From Candidatus Thorarchaeota archaeon (GTDB lineage Archaea > Asgardarchaeota > Thorarchaeia > Thorarchaeales > Thorarchaeaceae), in NCBI GenBank assembly GCA_029855935.1, contig JAGSHN010000027.1:1-64000 (forward strand): a stretch of 64,000 nucleotides of DNA. The letters run 5' to 3'. A program made the translations under genes and the position numbers. Positions 28,301 through 36,805 of this stretch are shown here, in pieces. The notes under the pieces were generated by a model that worked only from the letters and a program-made list of their open reading frames with translations, was not told the origin of the DNA and made no database searches. Each line of letters begins with the position of its first letter. The stretch's first letter is position 1.

Positions 28301-28599
28301 GCCGCAACAACCTCTTCTCGTGGAAGACCAGTCTCCTCCGAGACCTTGTCAGCCATCTTGTCGATATTGTTCGGTGTGCCAAGGGACATCAGCTGGTCGG
28401 CCGCATCACCCACAATGTCCTTCACAGCAGACCCAATCACTTCGCTGTCGACGGTCACACCAATCTCGGCCATTGCGCGAGACAGAAACCCACCGACAGC
28501 GGTGGCGGCCACTGGACCGAGGGCCGCTCCCGCGAGCACGGAAGCCGCTGTGACGACCAGACCCTTGCCAGCTCTCTTCAATAGTTTCTTCAGTTCCAT
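25336..28599 (-). CDS. STAND/NACHT-like NTPase with N-terminal hydrophobic helical domain and C-terminal HEAT/PC-like repeats (NLR-like)
   Basis: Walker A GDAGLGKT, Walker B YIFLDGLDE, sensor FILSCR, helical KPYILRL, a Pro/Glu-rich linker and about 10 D.D..VR..AA.ALG repeats. Confidence 0.85.
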   Translation of the reverse strand: MELKKLLKRAGKGLVVTAASVLAGAALGPVAATAVGGFLSRAMAEIGVTVDSEVIGSAVKDIVGDAADQLMSLGTPNNIDKMADKVSEETGLPREEVVAALQYSLREFQGTLTDIVTELRSNTALLQQVVSLATESGVKIDVLLLQSQETTQKLNEVLSRLSAMEHGLDIAYRKFLGRYSAVESLDINRLRVISRLQRQRTVGTSGLGVRYTPDLYVPRTDPEIVFMRFMGDAGISDRNIFLVLGDAGLGKTWFLARMSMRCVEMGSPTFFVPLGHGIKSLTSVFHVESLQALVDLIDPILNSANDHAYIFLDGLDEMDPSNIRYLLGALAACRSDYVSFILSCRTAVWASSKAIAYGAGDLRYYIYENSRATDAAKAVGVMTPVSVLMSEFTESELKAAMQRYGIPESVPFDLLPLLSKPYILRLSAEWYRKMGSLPSPSSPEFLDLFAGGPKYADSVFRRLGILTERDSLYATVEKLIEAQCEALPLFKLPIEAESSTFATLVSSGMLRIRIGKSGTEVSLSKEFTVPLVVLTLLRYEQDRPRLHNLLKRIPAFVPDKARVIQRLVEQLIEGRTQPVEPEPTPERQPGPDVVTTSGETGTTEHEEEKKPEYRPLEQRFGPVSTGQEEVVEDRESVAEPPTPIVSESDVSAPPVPLPLGMTLTPATETLATLMNDSELNVRRSATMAIGIASLALKESERTMLLEPLIDDPDVDVAISSAWALVCTACSIKDGEIRARIARLLLADDDWGVRRAGAALAVLNVIRDRKDVTDITSELLSSDDGQIRTGAIHGLAIGSSLYGDPNQLLRIARSHLSDDHDDVRAAAVLAGGIITPLLEDPSTETEHLIELGDRVFGRMRESYPIALGFVLSRGIESKLFGKIIELLSDSEPMFRASAALGVALASLNKPRPQRFMDYVRPLLEDSDPDVRFRAALSYGIISRGVPEPIKEVQSLTDSSDEMVRAGGAIALGILSTQYRDDTQCVSLLNEMTRASDREVRQAAVKGLGCAMSRGWSEEARVAKLEPFINSEDESLRRAAAVALGVSTRGLDIHYGLALGDVMWRGAPFSYDECILYAMSSSMLLRFGA

Positions 28600-28811
28600 C
28601 CAGAAAAGACCTCACACGAATGGTCGCCCTAGGTTGGCACTCACTACTGATAAGTCATATCCCTACAGTTTACGTCCCGTGACAACCCTAGTCTTCGGAG
28701 GCGCGATTCTGGATCTGTTGGCGAGGACAGAAACCACTCAAAAGCAGTTTCAGCGCCGGGCGAAATCAAACTGAAATGGTAACAGGAACATCGGACAGTT
28801 AACCAAATAAG

Positions 28812-28850
28812 TCAACAATGTGTGATGTTGATAGCCTCGATAAACTATTA
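28812..28850 (+). promoter_or_regulatory. Inverted repeat (operator-like) plus TATA-like element
   Basis: TCAACA-N8-TGTTGA at 28812-28831, just upstream of TAAACTATTA and about 50 nt before ATG 28883. Confidence 0.35.
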
Positions 28851-28882
28851 TGTCGAAACACGAATCCTAGCAGTGAGTGAAT

Positions 28883-29370
28883 ATGGTTGAGCGCAAGAAC
28901 ATAGCAGGGGCTCTGTCCGTCGTATTCAGTTGCGTAGTGACATTGCTGTATCGGATGAGGCAGTCCGTGACCCCCTGTTCTTGCTGACGGTACTTGCGTG
29001 TTGGTGGTTCATCACGTTGTTTGTGCCCGCATACATAATTGACCTTGCCAAGAACCACCTGGAGGGTAGCGGAAAAGGCAAGGTCGAGGACTGCGGTGGT
29101 CTGCCGGACGGTGGATATCTCATTGGCCTTACAGAGAGGAGCCTGATCTTCCTGTTTGGCCTTATGAGTCACTTTGACCCCTCACTGTCTTTCTCTTCGA
29201 CGATGGGCTTTGTATCCATAATAGTGACGGGAAAGGCCATCTTCAGATTCTCCAGTCGACAGCCTGCCGACCGGGCCTGTGCTGACTGGTACATTCTAGG
29301 CACTTTCCTCAGCATCACCGCCGCCGTGACGTTGACTTGGACCCTATTTACGTTCATAATCGGAGGGTGA
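28883..29370 (+). pseudogene. DUF3307-like membrane protein, apparently frameshifted near 28950
   Basis: ATG 28883 reads MVERKNIAGALSVVFSCVVTLLY (TM-like) and then stops. The conserved part (GGYLIGLTER, KAIFRF, WYILGTFLS) is in the -1 frame, which has only a TTG start at 28930. Confidence 0.55.
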
Positions 29371-30023
29371 GCATTCCAGTGATTGCAGCCATCATCGACC
29401 TCAGACGGTCAAAGAGTGTGACGCCTCAGGAGCGAGGGCCGCTATACGAAAGACTCCGGGAACTACTGGAAGAGGTGAGAAAGTGCTTCAAAGACCAGTG
29501 TGTTGCAAGACCAGCCCTGACACAGGGTGATAGTATTGAACTGCTTGTGAGGAACTGGTTGCCGATTGTCTTTGTCTTTCATCGCCTGTTGATGAACGAC
29601 CTGCCGTTCCACGTGGGAATCGGAACAGGCAGTGTGACTGTCATCCGCGACGAGGCAGATGAGTGTGATGGGCCAGCGTTCTGGAATGCGCGGGAGGCCC
29701 TTGAGGAAACCAAGCGCAGAAGGCGTATGAAGATCTCTGCTGACCTCAAGACAGACGAGAGCGGCGACCCGGCCGAGATCAACGAGGCAGTAATTTCCAT
29801 TCTGTTCCTAGCCATTCTTGAGAAGATGACACGAACACAGGTTCACTACTGCTATCACTTTCTCTGGGAGGGCAAGAGTGTTTCTGAAACCGCAGAAACA
29901 ATGGGAACGTCAAAGGGCAATGCCAGCAGGATTCTGAGCAAGACGCCCTGCCACATACTGAGAAGATTGGTCTCGTTTGCCCGCGGGGCGAGAGAGAGGA
30001 GAACTCCGCAAGAGCACCATTGA
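29367..30023 (+). CDS. satD: SatD family protein with C-terminal HTH
   Basis: GTG start overlapping the upstream TGA. IDLRRS, TQGDSIE, GIGTG, DGPAFWNAREAL and an HTH (SVSETAETMGTSKGNASR). Confidence 0.8.
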   Translation: MSIPVIAAIIDLRRSKSVTPQERGPLYERLRELLEEVRKCFKDQCVARPALTQGDSIELLVRNWLPIVFVFHRLLMNDLPFHVGIGTGSVTVIRDEADECDGPAFWNAREALEETKRRRRMKISADLKTDESGDPAEINEAVISILFLAILEKMTRTQVHYCYHFLWEGKSVSETAETMGTSKGNASRILSKTPCHILRRLVSFARGARERRTPQEHH

Positions 30024-30171
30024 CACAGAGAGGCGAACAGGCGATCCGACGTCCGAGCCCGGTCGCGTGATACTGAACCGGTGAATGACAACGCTTTTCT
30101 TCGGACTGGCAGAACCAGTCAGGCACAGTTGGCAGACTGGCAAGGCCCCGCTTGAGCAAGAGGAACACAGA

Positions 30172-31638
30172 ATGATTGACCTCACCATTAACGAGGAGCA
30201 GCTTGAGCGCACCGTGCAGCGGTGTAGAGAGAGAGGCATAATCATCCCAACATTTGATGAGATGAAGCACCCGGAGAAGATCCCACAGAGAATCAAGGAC
30301 GAACTTCGAGAGATTGGTCTGTGGGACATCGCGCCTCAGAACCTGTTCCGAATAACGTGGAAGAACGAGCCTGTAGAGCGGGGCGGTCTGTTCAGACGGC
30401 TACCGAACCATATGGAGATACCTCCGGAGATCAGTGGAGTTGAGGCCCAAATAGTAGCCCTCGTCGGAAAGTGGTTTCCCACTGGTTCCCACAAGGTCGG
30501 TGCAACCTTTGGATGCCTGGTGCCCCCGCTGGTGACTGGTCAGTTCGACCCCACACGACACAAGGCGGTGTGGCCCAGCACAGGCAACTACTGCCGGGGT
30601 GGCGCCTACGATGCGACGCTCCTCGCCTGCGACAGCATCGCCATCCTGCCAGAGGGAATGTCGCAGGAGAGGTTCGACTGGCTCAAGACCGTGGCTGGTG
30701 AGATCATCACGACGCCGGGCTCCGAGAGTAACGTCAAGGAGATCTACGACAAGGTCTGGGAGCTCAGACGAACGCGAGAGGATGTCTTTGTCTTCAACCA
30801 GTTCTCAGAGTTCGGAAACTATCTATTCCATTACGATGTGACAGGTCACGCTATGGAAGAGGTCGTCAACAGGGAGTTGGGCGCAGGGAGGCTCCGGGGT
30901 CTGTGCCTCACCACAGGCTCGGCCGGGACAATAGCCTCAGGAGACTATCTGAAGCAGGTGTTCCCGTCGGTCAAGATTGCGGCAGGCGAGGCCCTGCAGT
31001 GTCCGACACTGTTGCTCAGTGGATATGGCGCCCACAGAATCGAGGGGATTGGCGACAAGCACGTGCCGTGGATTCACAATGTGCGCAATACCGACATGGT
31101 CATAGCCATCGATGATAATGACACAATGAACCTGATGCGCCTGTTCAACGAGCCTGCGGGCAGAGAATACTTGGTGAGGGATGTGGGCGCGCCTCCGGAG
31201 ATTGTAGAGCAACTCAATCTGCTTGGAATCTCCTCCATCGCAAACGTGCTGATGGCGGTGAAGTTCGCCAAGTACTTCGAACTCGGTCCGAGGGACATGA
31301 TCATCACAGTGTTCACTGACTCAATGGACATGTACAGGTCGAGACTCGAGGAGGCCAGAGCGTCTATGGGTGAGTACACCAGAGATGATGCCATCAGAGA
31401 CTATCACCGGCACCTCATCGGCATCAATACTGATGCAATGCAGGAGCTGACGTTCTACGACCGGAAGCGTATCCACCACCTAAAGTACTTCACCTGGATT
31501 GAACAGCAGCAGTTCCCGCTTGACGAGCTGAATCGTCAATGGTATGAATACGATGAGTACTGGCCGGGCGTCCAGAGACTCGTACCGACGATTGACCGCC
31601 TGATAGAGGAGTTCAATAGACGCGTCGGACTGCTGTGA
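30172..31638 (+). CDS. PLP-dependent fold-type II enzyme (cysteine synthase / threonine dehydratase-like)
   Basis: PTGSHK (PLP lysine), STGNY, TGSAGT, HRIEGIG. Likely start MIDLT at 30172. Confidence 0.88.
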   Translation: MIDLTINEEQLERTVQRCRERGIIIPTFDEMKHPEKIPQRIKDELREIGLWDIAPQNLFRITWKNEPVERGGLFRRLPNHMEIPPEISGVEAQIVALVGKWFPTGSHKVGATFGCLVPPLVTGQFDPTRHKAVWPSTGNYCRGGAYDATLLACDSIAILPEGMSQERFDWLKTVAGEIITTPGSESNVKEIYDKVWELRRTREDVFVFNQFSEFGNYLFHYDVTGHAMEEVVNRELGAGRLRGLCLTTGSAGTIASGDYLKQVFPSVKIAAGEALQCPTLLLSGYGAHRIEGIGDKHVPWIHNVRNTDMVIAIDDNDTMNLMRLFNEPAGREYLVRDVGAPPEIVEQLNLLGISSIANVLMAVKFAKYFELGPRDMIITVFTDSMDMYRSRLEEARASMGEYTRDDAIRDYHRHLIGINTDAMQELTFYDRKRIHHLKYFTWIEQQQFPLDELNRQWYEYDEYWPGVQRLVPTIDRLIEEFNRRVGLL

Positions 31639-31684
31639 ATCTGCGAGCTACTCAGCCAACCAGCAGACAGTCTCAGAAGGGGCG

Positions 31685-33154
31685 CTATTGGGCAGCCCTC
31701 TCGCGTCTGCGTTCCACATAGCGCCAGACTCGACCCAGTGCCGCTATGGCCTCTCTGACACTTCTGAAGACAGGAAGTCCTGCCTCCACAAAGATACGCC
31801 ACGTACGAATCCTGGCCTCAGGAAAACCCGTGTCCGGCACCGCCACAAGAACGGGTTTGTTGCGCTTTGCCACGACGTCGCTCGCGGCGCCAGCCATACT
31901 CAACCAGAAGCCGTCAATAACGTCCAGAGCATCCATTATGGTCGCAACACGCTGGATGTTCGGAACATCCGCCTCGATGATCAGCGAGTCGAAGTTCTTC
32001 TCGTCGCCCACGATTCTGATGACCTCTGAGATTGTCTGATCCTGATAGTAGTCTGCCGCCAGGTCGATCGGGTTGCCCAGTCCCGTACCGACGTCGGCAA
32101 TCAGCGGGTCGAGACGTTCAACGGTCTCCTCTGAGGTGCGTGGCACCCTAAGCCCGTTCTCGACACAGAGGTCAGAGTAGACGACACTGGCGCCTCCACT
32201 GATGGCCACCATGCCCACGCGGTTTGACGCAGGTGGTGGACACTGGGAGAAGACGCTGAGTGTGGCCACAAGATCCTCCACGCTTGTGACCGTCACTACA
32301 TTGGCCTGTCTGAAGGCGGCGTTCCATATCTCAGAACTGCCAGCAAGGGCACCTGTATGAGAGGATGCTGCGCGAGAACCCTCCTCAGTCCGTCCGCCCT
32401 TCAGAACAACAAGCGGCTTCTTCTCCGTGAGCCGCATCATCGCATCAAGAAGTGCTCGACCGTCATTCGTACCCTCTATGTATGCGCCAACAACGCTCGT
32501 TTCATCATCATCCGCAAAGTAGTCGACTATCTCGGGAGCAGTGATGTCGATCTGATTCCCGAAGCTGAACAGCTTACTGAAGCCCACGCCTGACAGGGCG
32601 CCAGCTGTGTAGACAGCGATGGCAATTCCGCCGGACTGGGAGAGAAATCCGACCGGGCCTATGCTCCGCTCTGCGGCCGGCATGAATGCGAAGCCAAGAC
32701 GGGGATGGCAGAGTCCCATGCAGTTCGGCCCAAGGACCCGCATCGGAAGAGAGTGGACGAGCTCCCTCAGCTCCTGCTCACGTCGGCGACCCTCCTCCGT
32801 TCCAAGCTCTGAGTATCCGCTTGTGAATATGGTTGCGCCCCTCGCCCCTTTCCTCGCTGCCTTCTCGATGACCTCCGGGACATACCGATTCGGCACTGAA
32901 ACAATGACGTAGTCGATGTTGTCTGGAACATCGTCGAGGTCGCGATATATCTTGTGACCAAGCACCTCGCCCTCGCTCCTCGACACGAGCCAGACCTTGA
33001 GGTCGTGCTCCCACTGCAGCATAGAATGGGGCCAATAGTAGCCCATCTTGGCGCTCACTCCGACGATCGCGACCGAGGATATGTCCAGCATCTCACTGAT
33101 TGAGGGTCTGTCGATGGGGGTCATCGGTGGGGCGCCGAAGCCCGGGCCCATCAT
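31685..33154 (-). CDS. acdA: Acyl-CoA synthetase (ADP-forming) alpha subunit
   Basis: CoA-binding VAIVGVS, GPNCMG, SQSGG, GNQID, phospho-His SHTGALAG, NPIDL. Confidence 0.88.
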   Translation of the reverse strand: MMGPGFGAPPMTPIDRPSISEMLDISSVAIVGVSAKMGYYWPHSMLQWEHDLKVWLVSRSEGEVLGHKIYRDLDDVPDNIDYVIVSVPNRYVPEVIEKAARKGARGATIFTSGYSELGTEEGRRREQELRELVHSLPMRVLGPNCMGLCHPRLGFAFMPAAERSIGPVGFLSQSGGIAIAVYTAGALSGVGFSKLFSFGNQIDITAPEIVDYFADDDETSVVGAYIEGTNDGRALLDAMMRLTEKKPLVVLKGGRTEEGSRAASSHTGALAGSSEIWNAAFRQANVVTVTSVEDLVATLSVFSQCPPPASNRVGMVAISGGASVVYSDLCVENGLRVPRTSEETVERLDPLIADVGTGLGNPIDLAADYYQDQTISEVIRIVGDEKNFDSLIIEADVPNIQRVATIMDALDVIDGFWLSMAGAASDVVAKRNKPVLVAVPDTGFPEARIRTWRIFVEAGLPVFRSVREAIAALGRVWRYVERRRERAAQ

Positions 33155-33289
33155 TTAAGAGTAGTGGGCCCCACCGCCACGTTCAGACGGTCAATCCGAA
33201 AGTGTTTAATTCGGCCGGAAGACGCAAGTCCTGCAAGACTCTCCTCCACAATCGACCTCAGATGGAGTCTAGTCACAGGAGACAGTCCA

Positions 33290-35116
33290 ATGCGTGCATA
33301 TCTTGACGCAAACTTCTTCATCAGCGGATTTAGCGACAGGCCAAAGGACGTCCACATCGTCAAAGAGGCAGCGGACAGAGTCGGAATCGAACTATGGGTC
33401 ACAAGACAGGTCTTCCACGAGCTCAGATGGTACCTCCGACGAGAGGTCGAGAAGGCCATCAAGATTGATGAGACACTGAACAAGGAGGTCAAGGAGTTCG
33501 TCCAGAGCATCAAGAGGCCTGAGTCCTCACTGCCACAGATGAACGACATGTCTCTGGTCCTCGCTGCAATGCGCGCGAAGGATGCCAAGATTGTCACAAG
33601 TGATCTCAAGCTGCTGAACACGATACAGGACTTGAATGTCGATGTCGAGGGAATAGTGGGCTCTGCATTCGTACTTGAGCTCATTGAGTCGCTTGATGAC
33701 GAGAAGCTGCGTCAGCAGCTCGTACCCATTCGTGAACGCATCTACTCTGAGGAGGTCAGGTACAGCATCGCGCGAAGAGAGGCCTACGACCCCGTCACAA
33801 GGATCAGGATCATCGAGGAACACGCGCTCCGAGTGATAAGGACTGTCAAGCGCCCTGTCGAGAAGATGGACAAGAAACTCTCGCGTGGCCAGCCCCTGTT
33901 CGTGTTCGACTTTCTTGAGGAGATAAAAGCGGGCATTCCCGGTATGTTTGAGGACTTTAGAGCCGGCAAGTACGAGACGCTGGCCCAAGAGATTGAGGCG
34001 GTCCAGAACGAGATTGAGAGGATGCTCATAGTCTCAACATTGACAGAGGACAGTGAGACCCATCAGGCTCTTGTCCAACATGCCTCCGACCTGACGCTGT
34101 TTCTCTACTACCTTGAGATGATATGCCACCTCTATCGTGGCACTCGCGAGGGAGTGGAGGATGCGGTCGCCATCAGCGAAGAGGCATTTCGTCTGCTGAT
34201 GTTTGCCTCCGTCAAAGACGAGGAGCTGAAGGCCTCTGTCTTCTTCCTCAGAATACTGCTGGGTCTGATCAAGCAGGACTACCAAGACATCGACTACTTC
34301 TACTCGCTGTACGAGAGCCTGCTTGACAGGGCTGGCCTCGAACAGATGAAGGAGACATCCGAGGGGCTCTACGTGACGATGCAGATCCTGCGTAAGTTCA
34401 TGGGAGGCTTCTCCATCGTCAAGACCAAGCTGAGATATCCCAGTGTCACGGTGGCAATGCTCAACGACATCGCAAAGTACTACATCCAGTTCGAGGAACA
34501 CGACGCCGCATGGCAGCTCGCGGTCAATGCATACAAGATTGGCGTGGCCTACGGAAAGGAGGACGGCGCTCTACAGTCGTTCCTCATGCTCTACAAGATC
34601 AGTGCGTCGGCAGGGGATAGATACAATCCGGCTCTTGAGAAGATTGCAGAGCACGCCCTCAAGACGTTCGTGAAGAACGGCTGGGGTACGAGCGAGATAA
34701 CACCAATACTGAACGAGATACAGGGCAACCCCAACCCGATACCCAAGATGCCCACAGGCAAGCCCACGCTTGTCGACAAACTACCAGAAGAGCTGCGAGG
34801 GTGGATGGATGTCCTTCTGACGCGAAGAATAGGCGATGAAGATGTCCTCGTCGTGCGCAATGCTCCGCTTCAGGCACGGATGGGAATCGTCATCACCGAC
34901 GAACCAGAGCTGAAAAAGCTACGCACCGGCCACAAGATCGCATTGATTGGCGGCAAGTTCCTGCTTGAGGAGCCGGACAAGGATACAATATCTAAGTACC
35001 GTGTGATGCTACTGATAAGGCCTGACGAGAATGCGGAGATAACCTACGAGGGCGAGTACGGGTTCAGCAGGATGCGTGTGACTCGTCCTGAGGTCAGTGA
35101 GGCAGCCACTGAGTGA
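33290..35116 (+). CDS. PIN-domain protein with long helical (TPR-like) region and C-terminal beta domain (608 aa)
   Basis: Start MRAYLDANFF at 33290. PIN acidic residues in LDAN, HEL, NDMSL and TSDLKL. Confidence 0.75.
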   Translation: MRAYLDANFFISGFSDRPKDVHIVKEAADRVGIELWVTRQVFHELRWYLRREVEKAIKIDETLNKEVKEFVQSIKRPESSLPQMNDMSLVLAAMRAKDAKIVTSDLKLLNTIQDLNVDVEGIVGSAFVLELIESLDDEKLRQQLVPIRERIYSEEVRYSIARREAYDPVTRIRIIEEHALRVIRTVKRPVEKMDKKLSRGQPLFVFDFLEEIKAGIPGMFEDFRAGKYETLAQEIEAVQNEIERMLIVSTLTEDSETHQALVQHASDLTLFLYYLEMICHLYRGTREGVEDAVAISEEAFRLLMFASVKDEELKASVFFLRILLGLIKQDYQDIDYFYSLYESLLDRAGLEQMKETSEGLYVTMQILRKFMGGFSIVKTKLRYPSVTVAMLNDIAKYYIQFEEHDAAWQLAVNAYKIGVAYGKEDGALQSFLMLYKISASAGDRYNPALEKIAEHALKTFVKNGWGTSEITPILNEIQGNPNPIPKMPTGKPTLVDKLPEELRGWMDVLLTRRIGDEDVLVVRNAPLQARMGIVITDEPELKKLRTGHKIALIGGKFLLEEPDKDTISKYRVMLLIRPDENAEITYEGEYGFSRMRVTRPEVSEAATE

Positions 35117-35187
35117 GCAGGAATACCAATGAATCACGACACGTTGCGACAACGAACGAGGAGAGATCACTGGGAAGTGAGGGACTG

Positions 35188-35622
35188 ATGATACCCGAGC
35201 TGGCAGTCCTATTGGTTGGGACTGGACTTGCTGCTGCGTTGAACTACTACGTGAACCGCGCGCCCGGCAGCACGCCAGAGGACTTTGCTGTAGGACCAGA
35301 GGAGCTTGATTTGTCCTGTGACTGTTGCCTCGGCCCCCTCATCATTCCGCTGATCGTAGTGGCAGTCTATGCGACCTCTTCGACCTCGTTCGAGAATCGC
35401 TGGGTCATCTACCTTCTCGGTGCAACGGCCTTCTTTGTCGTCCTGGTCGCAGGAGTGCTGGGCCGCTATCGCCGTCGTAGAGAGTGGGCAGAGATGGCAA
35501 GTCTGCTGGAGAGAGTAATTCCGACCGAGTATGCGGCACTGGGCGGCAACACAACAACATACCGACTCGATATCGGTGACGACGAGAACAACGACGAGGA
35601 GGACTCCGGCGATTGGATTTGA
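35188..35622 (+). CDS. Small 3-TM membrane protein with CxCC and an acidic tail
   Basis: Three hydrophobic segments. Alternative GTG start at 35113 overlaps the upstream stop. Confidence 0.65.
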   Translation: MIPELAVLLVGTGLAAALNYYVNRAPGSTPEDFAVGPEELDLSCDCCLGPLIIPLIVVAVYATSSTSFENRWVIYLLGATAFFVVLVAGVLGRYRRRREWAEMASLLERVIPTEYAALGGNTTTYRLDIGDDENNDEEDSGDWI

Positions 35623-35722
35623 CAAGATGGCGGGATGATGATTGCTAACTCGTTGGCGACACGCGATAGGCCCAGTGGCAACGGGCAGCATATGACTGCT
35701 GTGCCGTTGGAGACCGCCGAGA

Positions 35723-36079
35723 TCATCCAATCTCGACCTTGTCCTCCTTGACATTCGGCATCTTGATTGCCATTGCCAGCGCGTCCTTGGTTGCCGTGGC
35801 CTCGAACCAGTGTATCTCGCCACGCTCGACAAGGATAACGTCGCCAGGACCAAGGTCGTAGAGCGTGTCAATGACACCGAACTGCATCTCAGTCAGGGCT
35901 ATGAACAGCTCGTCGAGAGAATTGTGAGTGTGGGCTCTCGTTCTTCCACCAGCAGGAACACGCACAAGAATCGCACCTGCAGTGTGGAGTGGCTCCGGGA
36001 ACTCCAAGTCCGCCAGATAGTATGCGACATATCCAGGACGTTTGACCGGTTCTGTCGCTGACACTAGGTATAGCTTCAC
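35723..36079 (-). CDS. Cupin domain protein
   Basis: HTHxxxxE and GDVILVxxGExHWF cupin motifs. Confidence 0.85.
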   Translation of the reverse strand: MKLYLVSATEPVKRPGYVAYYLADLEFPEPLHTAGAILVRVPAGGRTRAHTHNSLDELFIALTEMQFGVIDTLYDLGPGDVILVERGEIHWFEATATKDALAMAIKMPNVKEDKVEIG

Positions 36080-36283
36080 CGTCTCCAGACCTCACTTGCC
36101 CTCCAGTGACGTAGCTCACGGCGATATTTAAGCAGCGGGATTGGGGAGAGGGCCCTACTGCGCAGCCGGACCGCGAGGGCGATCTGTGTCTCGGGGCCCA
36201 GCCTCGCGATTGGACTTGCCTCAACGTCAGGCTAATTAGAGCGCCGGGCCCGACAGGTCAAATTGTCGGAGATGAAGTGAGCC

Positions 36284-36805
36284 ATGCCACGCGTGATGAT
36301 CTCAGTGATTGGCGGTTCTGAGGTTGACGAAATGACCCTCAGTCTCGCAGAGGAAACGGGAGCGGCGATAGCCAGAAGGGGCGCTGTGCTGGTCTGTGGA
36401 GGCCTCGGTGGGGTGATGGAGGCTGCGTGCAGAGGGGCTAAGAGAGAGGGTGGTCTCACCGTCGGCATCTTGCCAACAGAGTATCATGAACACGCCAACC
36501 CGTATGTCGACATCGCCATTCCAACGGGACTCGGCTACGCGCGCAACTTCCTCGTTGCACGGTCCGGGATGGGAGTCATTGCTCTTGGCGGTGCGGCCGG
36601 GACGCTCAGTGAGATGGCGATTGCGTGGTTCTCAGACAGGCCTATCGCGGCAATCGTCCCCTCCGGGGGGTGGGCGGCACGCCTTGCGGGAGAGAGGATT
36701 GATGGACGCCGACCTGACACGGTGTACGCAGCGAAGACCGCCGATGATGCAGTGGACTACATCTTGAGGACCATCAGAAACCGGCACGGGGTGGACTTGT
36801 CTTGA
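36284..36805 (+). CDS. LOG family (TIGR00725-like) nucleotide-binding protein
   Basis: CGGLGGVMEAACRGA, TGLGYARN, GGAAGTLSE. Confidence 0.92.
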   Translation: MPRVMISVIGGSEVDEMTLSLAEETGAAIARRGAVLVCGGLGGVMEAACRGAKREGGLTVGILPTEYHEHANPYVDIAIPTGLGYARNFLVARSGMGVIALGGAAGTLSEMAIAWFSDRPIAAIVPSGGWAARLAGERIDGRRPDTVYAAKTADDAVDYILRTIRNRHGVDLS

